This document shows, piece by piece, positions 16,852 to 20,302 of a stretch of 20,302 nucleotides of DNA. The stretch is from a bacterium (GTDB taxonomy: Bacteria; Zhuqueibacterota; Zhuqueibacteria; Oceanimicrobiales; Oceanimicrobiaceae), in assembly GCA_046757025.1 (NCBI GenBank), contig JBHHXN010000091.1:1-20302 (forward strand), given 5' to 3'. Position numbers and translations under genes: made by a program. Positions within the stretch are counted from its first letter, which is position 1, and each line of letters opens with the position of its first letter. The notes beneath the pieces were generated by a model. It did not search any database and was not told the origin of the DNA. It saw only the letters and a list, made by a program, of their open reading frames with translations.

Positions 16852-17075
16852 TTTGCTGCCTCCTCGTTAAACCTTATTTCCAAATGTCTTTTGTTATTGT
16901 TATTATTATTGTTTTGGTTTAGTAAGTCTTGCAAAAAAATAACACTTTTTTGATCCGACTTAACAGGGGCAGACTAATGTGTGGGATTTTTTTCATTAAA
17001 CTGGCCCCGGCAAGCAATGCTTAGAATTAAAGCATCCCCCCTGACTTGTTTTGCCGAGGCCTGCACAATTCTACA

Positions 17076-20000
17076 TTAACGCAGCAAAGTCAATTTATGC
17101 GTCTTAACAAATTCACCCGCCTGCAATCGGTAGAGATAAATTCCGCTGGCAACTTGAATACCGGCATCATTTTTACTATCCCAAGTATAAGAATAAAATC
17201 CAGCCGGTTGTTTTTTGTCCACCAACGTCGCTACCTTTTGGCCAATAATGTTGTAAATTTCTAATTTCACATTTTCGGCCTTGGGAATTTGATATTTAAT
17301 GGTTGTCTCCGGATTAAAAGGATTAGGATAATTTTGCGCCAGATCAAATTTATCCGGTATATTCGCTTTTCGGTTAGAAACGGAAACGGCTATGTCGGGA
17401 ATCTCAATATAGCTGAAGCCCCCACCAGCTTCGCCCTGCCAGACTTCGCCAATACGGTTACCCCCGATCTGCCTGACTGTGAATATGAGTGAGTCGCCTG
17501 CAACCGCTGCCGCGTCAATACCTTTGATTGTTTGAGTTCGTCTCTGCGGGGAAAAATAATACAAGAATGGGCCGCTGGGAATAAACCCGGCTATCTGGCC
17601 AATTATGGTATCGGAAGTTGCCAGAACGAAGTCTTCACCGTTGTGGCGGAGAGCTAACGTTGCCACCATTTCTGCGGTACCCAGACCCAGGCAGCCAACA
17701 AGCAAGCTAAATTTGTAAGTATCGCCGCTGATATCTCCGTTTAACCGATAAGCCCAGCGGGTTGTGGGCACATCCCAGTCGCCGCCCGTTGTCCCCGGTG
17801 AGTAAGGCGGTAAAGGCAGTTGACTCAAAACCGGCTGTTCTTTTAAAAAGAGGCGCAATCTACCGGCCGGAGAATCCGGTGCTCTTCCAAATACTTTCAG
17901 CGGCACACTGAGTACATTGCCCGCGTTATCAACAGCTTTCACCACAACCATATTTTCACCTTCATCAATGTCTACTTCCACCTCGAATGCGCCATTCTCC
18001 AAATCTACCGGCTGTTCATTTACGTAAACTGCTACTTGATTTTCATCCGTCACGGTACCTCGAACTGCAATGGGTGAGTAGTTAAATATTTGATTAAACA
18101 CAGGCGAAGTGATATTCAAAACCGGAGCATTGGTATCTAAAAACACTAAAATTGTATCAGCCCTTACAGTGCTATTTTGAGAGTCGAAGGCACTGACATA
18201 AATTTCATTTTGGCCCTGATTTAGAGCCACATTGCTGCTAAAAGAATTATTGATAATCGGAGTATCCGAGCCATTGACTTCCACACGCTGAACAAAAGGC
18301 GAAATGGCGAAACCAGAAACGGCCACTGGTGAACTATTCACAAAATCTCCAGACACAAGTGAAGTCACCCCAAAGATATCCACAAAAAAAGTAACGGCGG
18401 CAGGTTCAGAAGTATTACCAACGCGATCCCGTATTGTTGCTCGAAGGGTATTTTTTCCGATGGGAAATTCCAAACTATCCGGTACCAAAAAAGTCGCTTC
18501 GGTTTCAGTTACACTAAAATATTGTGCAAGATTTTCCCCAGCCTTGATTGGCGAACCTCCTTTCGTTCTTTGAATATCCCGATCATTGATAATCTGAATC
18601 GTGGTTAAGTTTAAACCTGAGCCATTCAAACCATCTGAGAAATTCACAGAAATGTTGAAATTATTGATCGGAGCAGGGATCTTTGCCAGAGGTGAATTAA
18701 AACTGATTCTCGGTGGCGATAAATCGGAAGGTTGGCCGATCATCAACGTGATTTGATCTGAAAAAACAATATTATCTTTTGTTGTTATCCTGAGATCAAA
18801 ATGGATTTCGCCGTTTTCTGCTATGCTGGCAATTTTGAATTCAAACCCACCGCTATTGGCAAAAGCCTCTGGTTTTTTGGACTGGCCATCCCCGATGCTT
18901 TCATACAACTCCGTTGAATCGATAAAAGCGACATTTGGATCATTGGATTGAAGCGTAGCTTTTACATTCAAGGCTGGCGCGGTACCGTTGTTTATCAACA
19001 GTACAGGCAGGCGAATGGTCTCCCCCTGTTCGATTACACCATCGCCATCGCCGTCACTCTTGTCATCTCCAAAATTATCGGTGTCATCATCAATTGAGAA
19101 AGTTGCAACCGCAATGGGTCCGACGATTCCTCCCCCCTTGATAGCGACAGAAAGTGTATCTGAGAAGGCGCCGCCATTGCTGGTTTGAATCTCCAAATCA
19201 AAAAATGCTCTACTGCTTTCAGTTTCATTTGCCACTTCAAATTCAAAGCCGCCGCGAAAACCAGATGGGCTTTTGGAATTTCCCTCACCAATGCTTTCAT
19301 ACGATTCAGTTGAATCTTTCAGAATTATATCCGGGTGAGTCGTACTTAATGTGGCTGTCACATCCAGTGCCGAAGCGGTACCGTTATTCACCAAAACGAT
19401 CGGCAAACGGATGGTTTCGCCTTGTTCGATCACGCCATCGTCATCGCCGTTGCTGTCATCGTCGCCAAAGTCATCCGTATCATCGTCAATTGTAAAGCTG
19501 GCAATTTCAATTGGTCCTACTATACCGCCACTTGCAATAAAAATTGACAAGGTATCATTAAAAATACCGCCATTGCTCGTAGTGATTTCCAAATCAAAAG
19601 TAACATTTCCAGTATCGGCAGCATTGGCAACTTGAAATTCAAAGCCGCTGCCAAAGCCAACGGCGCTTTTGGTTTTACCATCGCCGATACTTTCATAAGA
19701 TTCCGTAGAATCGATCATCGTAATGTCTGATTGATTAGTGCGTAGAGTAGCCATAACATCCAGAGCCGGGGCTGTTCCGTCATTGACTAACACGACCGGC
19801 AGACGGATGGTCTCTCCTGGTTCGATGATTTTATCGCCATCTCCGTTACTCTCATCGTCGCCAAAATCGTTGGTGTCGTCATCAATAGTAAAACTGGAAA
19901 TCGCAATGGGACCCACGGTACCGCCGCCGACAATCGAAACCTGCAGCGTCTCGGTAAAAGTGCCGGCATTGCCGGTGTTAATCTCAACTTCAAAACTCAC

Positions 20001-20302
20001 TTCTCCGCTGATAGCCGCATTAGCAACTTGAAATTCAAAACCGCTGCCAAAACCAACAGGGCTTTTAGTTTTGCCATCGCCGATACTCTCATAAGACTCC
20101 GTAGAATCGATAATCGTAATGTCAGCATGATTTGTACGCAAAGTGGCCATAACATCCAGGGCAGGTGCGGTACCGTTATTGACCAACACCACAGGTAACC
20201 GGATGGTCTCACCCTGCTCAATTATCTTATCGCCATCGCCGTTGCTATCATCGTCGCCAAAATCGTTGGTGTCGTCATCAATAGTAAAACTGGAAATCGC
20301 AA
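17076..20302 (-). CDS. Large secreted repeat protein, 5'-truncated: at least four acidic Ig-like repeats + Ig/glucodextranase-B-like domains + unknown domain + C-terminal sorting domain
   Basis: The frame stays open from 20192 to the window end (AISSFTIDDDTNDFGDDDSNGDGDKIIEQGETIRLPVV), so the start lies outside the window. Motifs include D-x-D/N-G-D-G/D-D..IE.GETIRLP, LNQGQNEI and DEGENMVVVKAVDNAGN, and the tail LAQNYPNPFNPETTIKY...HKLTLLR. Confidence 0.88.
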   Translation of the reverse strand, partial: AISSFTIDDDTNDFGDDDSNGDGDKIIEQGETIRLPVVLVNNGTAPALDVMATLRTNHADITIIDSTESYESIGDGKTKSPVGFGSGFEFQVANAAISGEVSFEVEINTGNAGTFTETLQVSIVGGGTVGPIAISSFTIDDDTNDFGDDESNGDGDKIIEPGETIRLPVVLVNDGTAPALDVMATLRTNQSDITMIDSTESYESIGDGKTKSAVGFGSGFEFQVANAADTGNVTFDLEITTSNGGIFNDTLSIFIASGGIVGPIEIASFTIDDDTDDFGDDDSNGDDDGVIEQGETIRLPIVLVNNGTASALDVTATLSTTHPDIILKDSTESYESIGEGNSKSPSGFRGGFEFEVANETESSRAFFDLEIQTSNGGAFSDTLSVAIKGGGIVGPIAVATFSIDDDTDNFGDDKSDGDGDGVIEQGETIRLPVLLINNGTAPALNVKATLQSNDPNVAFIDSTELYESIGDGQSKKPEAFANSGGFEFKIASIAENGEIHFDLRITTKDNIVFSDQITLMIGQPSDLSPPRISFNSPLAKIPAPINNFNISVNFSDGLNGSGLNLTTIQIINDRDIQRTKGGSPIKAGENLAQYFSVTETEATFLVPDSLEFPIGKNTLRATIRDRVGNTSEPAAVTFFVDIFGVTSLVSGDFVNSSPVAVSGFAISPFVQRVEVNGSDTPIINNSFSSNVALNQGQNEIYVSAFDSQNSTVRADTILVFLDTNAPVLNITSPVFNQIFNYSPIAVRGTVTDENQVAVYVNEQPVDLENGAFEVEVDIDEGENMVVVKAVDNAGNVLSVPLKVFGRAPDSPAGRLRLFLKEQPVLSQLPLPPYSPGTTGGDWDVPTTRWAYRLNGDISGDTYKFSLLVGCLGLGTAEMVATLALRHNGEDFVLATSDTIIGQIAGFIPSGPFLYYFSPQRRTQTIKGIDAAAVAGDSLIFTVRQIGGNRIGEVWQGEAGGGFSYIEIPDIAVSVSNRKANIPDKFDLAQNYPNPFNPETTIKYQIPKAENVKLEIYNIIGQKVATLVDKKQPAGFYSYTWDSKNDAGIQVASGIYLYRLQAGEFVKTHKLTLLR
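18735..20302 (-). repeat. Intragenic tandem repeat, ~396-bp (132-aa) unit, at least 4 copies
   Basis: The VGPI motif recurs at about 19117, 19513 and 19909, a 396-bp spacing. Positions 20248-20302 are identical to 19852-19906. Confidence 0.9.

Noticed and set aside
16891..16916. (TTA/TTG)n microsatellite-like run upstream of the beta-barrel gene
   Set aside because: Short, imperfect and in an AT-rich leader, which is insufficient evidence for phase variation.
2331..20221. Numerous antisense or alternate-frame ORFs inside the large genes (e.g. 4125-4715, 14694-15044, 15697-16017, 19738-20031)
   Set aside because: These are shadow ORFs of well-supported CDSs with no independent protein motifs.

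Overview
Accessory cell-surface locus from a Gram-negative bacterium, probably FCB-related such as KSB1 or Calditrichota. That assignment is inferred from the FlgD-Ig-type T9SS/Por-like C-terminal sorting tails combined with strong Shine-Dalgarno sites. The left end holds a + strand ECF sigma factor and a zinc-finger (HxxxCxxC) transmembrane anti-sigma with an extracytoplasmic TPR domain. They converge on, and overlap by 14 bp, a - strand 1226-aa N-terminally anchored TPR-CHAT (caspase-like) protease with an intact His/Cys dyad and its own near-consensus sigma70 promoter. The rest of the window is a - strand run of exported proteins: a 14-blade YCF48/BNR propeller with 11 Fn3-like repeats and a sorting tail; a double beta-helix protein with a sorting tail; a small Cys-rich lipoprotein; an outer-membrane beta-barrel; and a 5'-truncated protein with at least four 132-aa acidic Ig-like repeats and a sorting tail. 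The best candidate novel system is a CRISPR-independent CHAT protease / anti-sigma / ECF signalling module, possibly controlling modular, recombining surface proteins. No rRNA, tRNA, CRISPR array or transposase was recognised.
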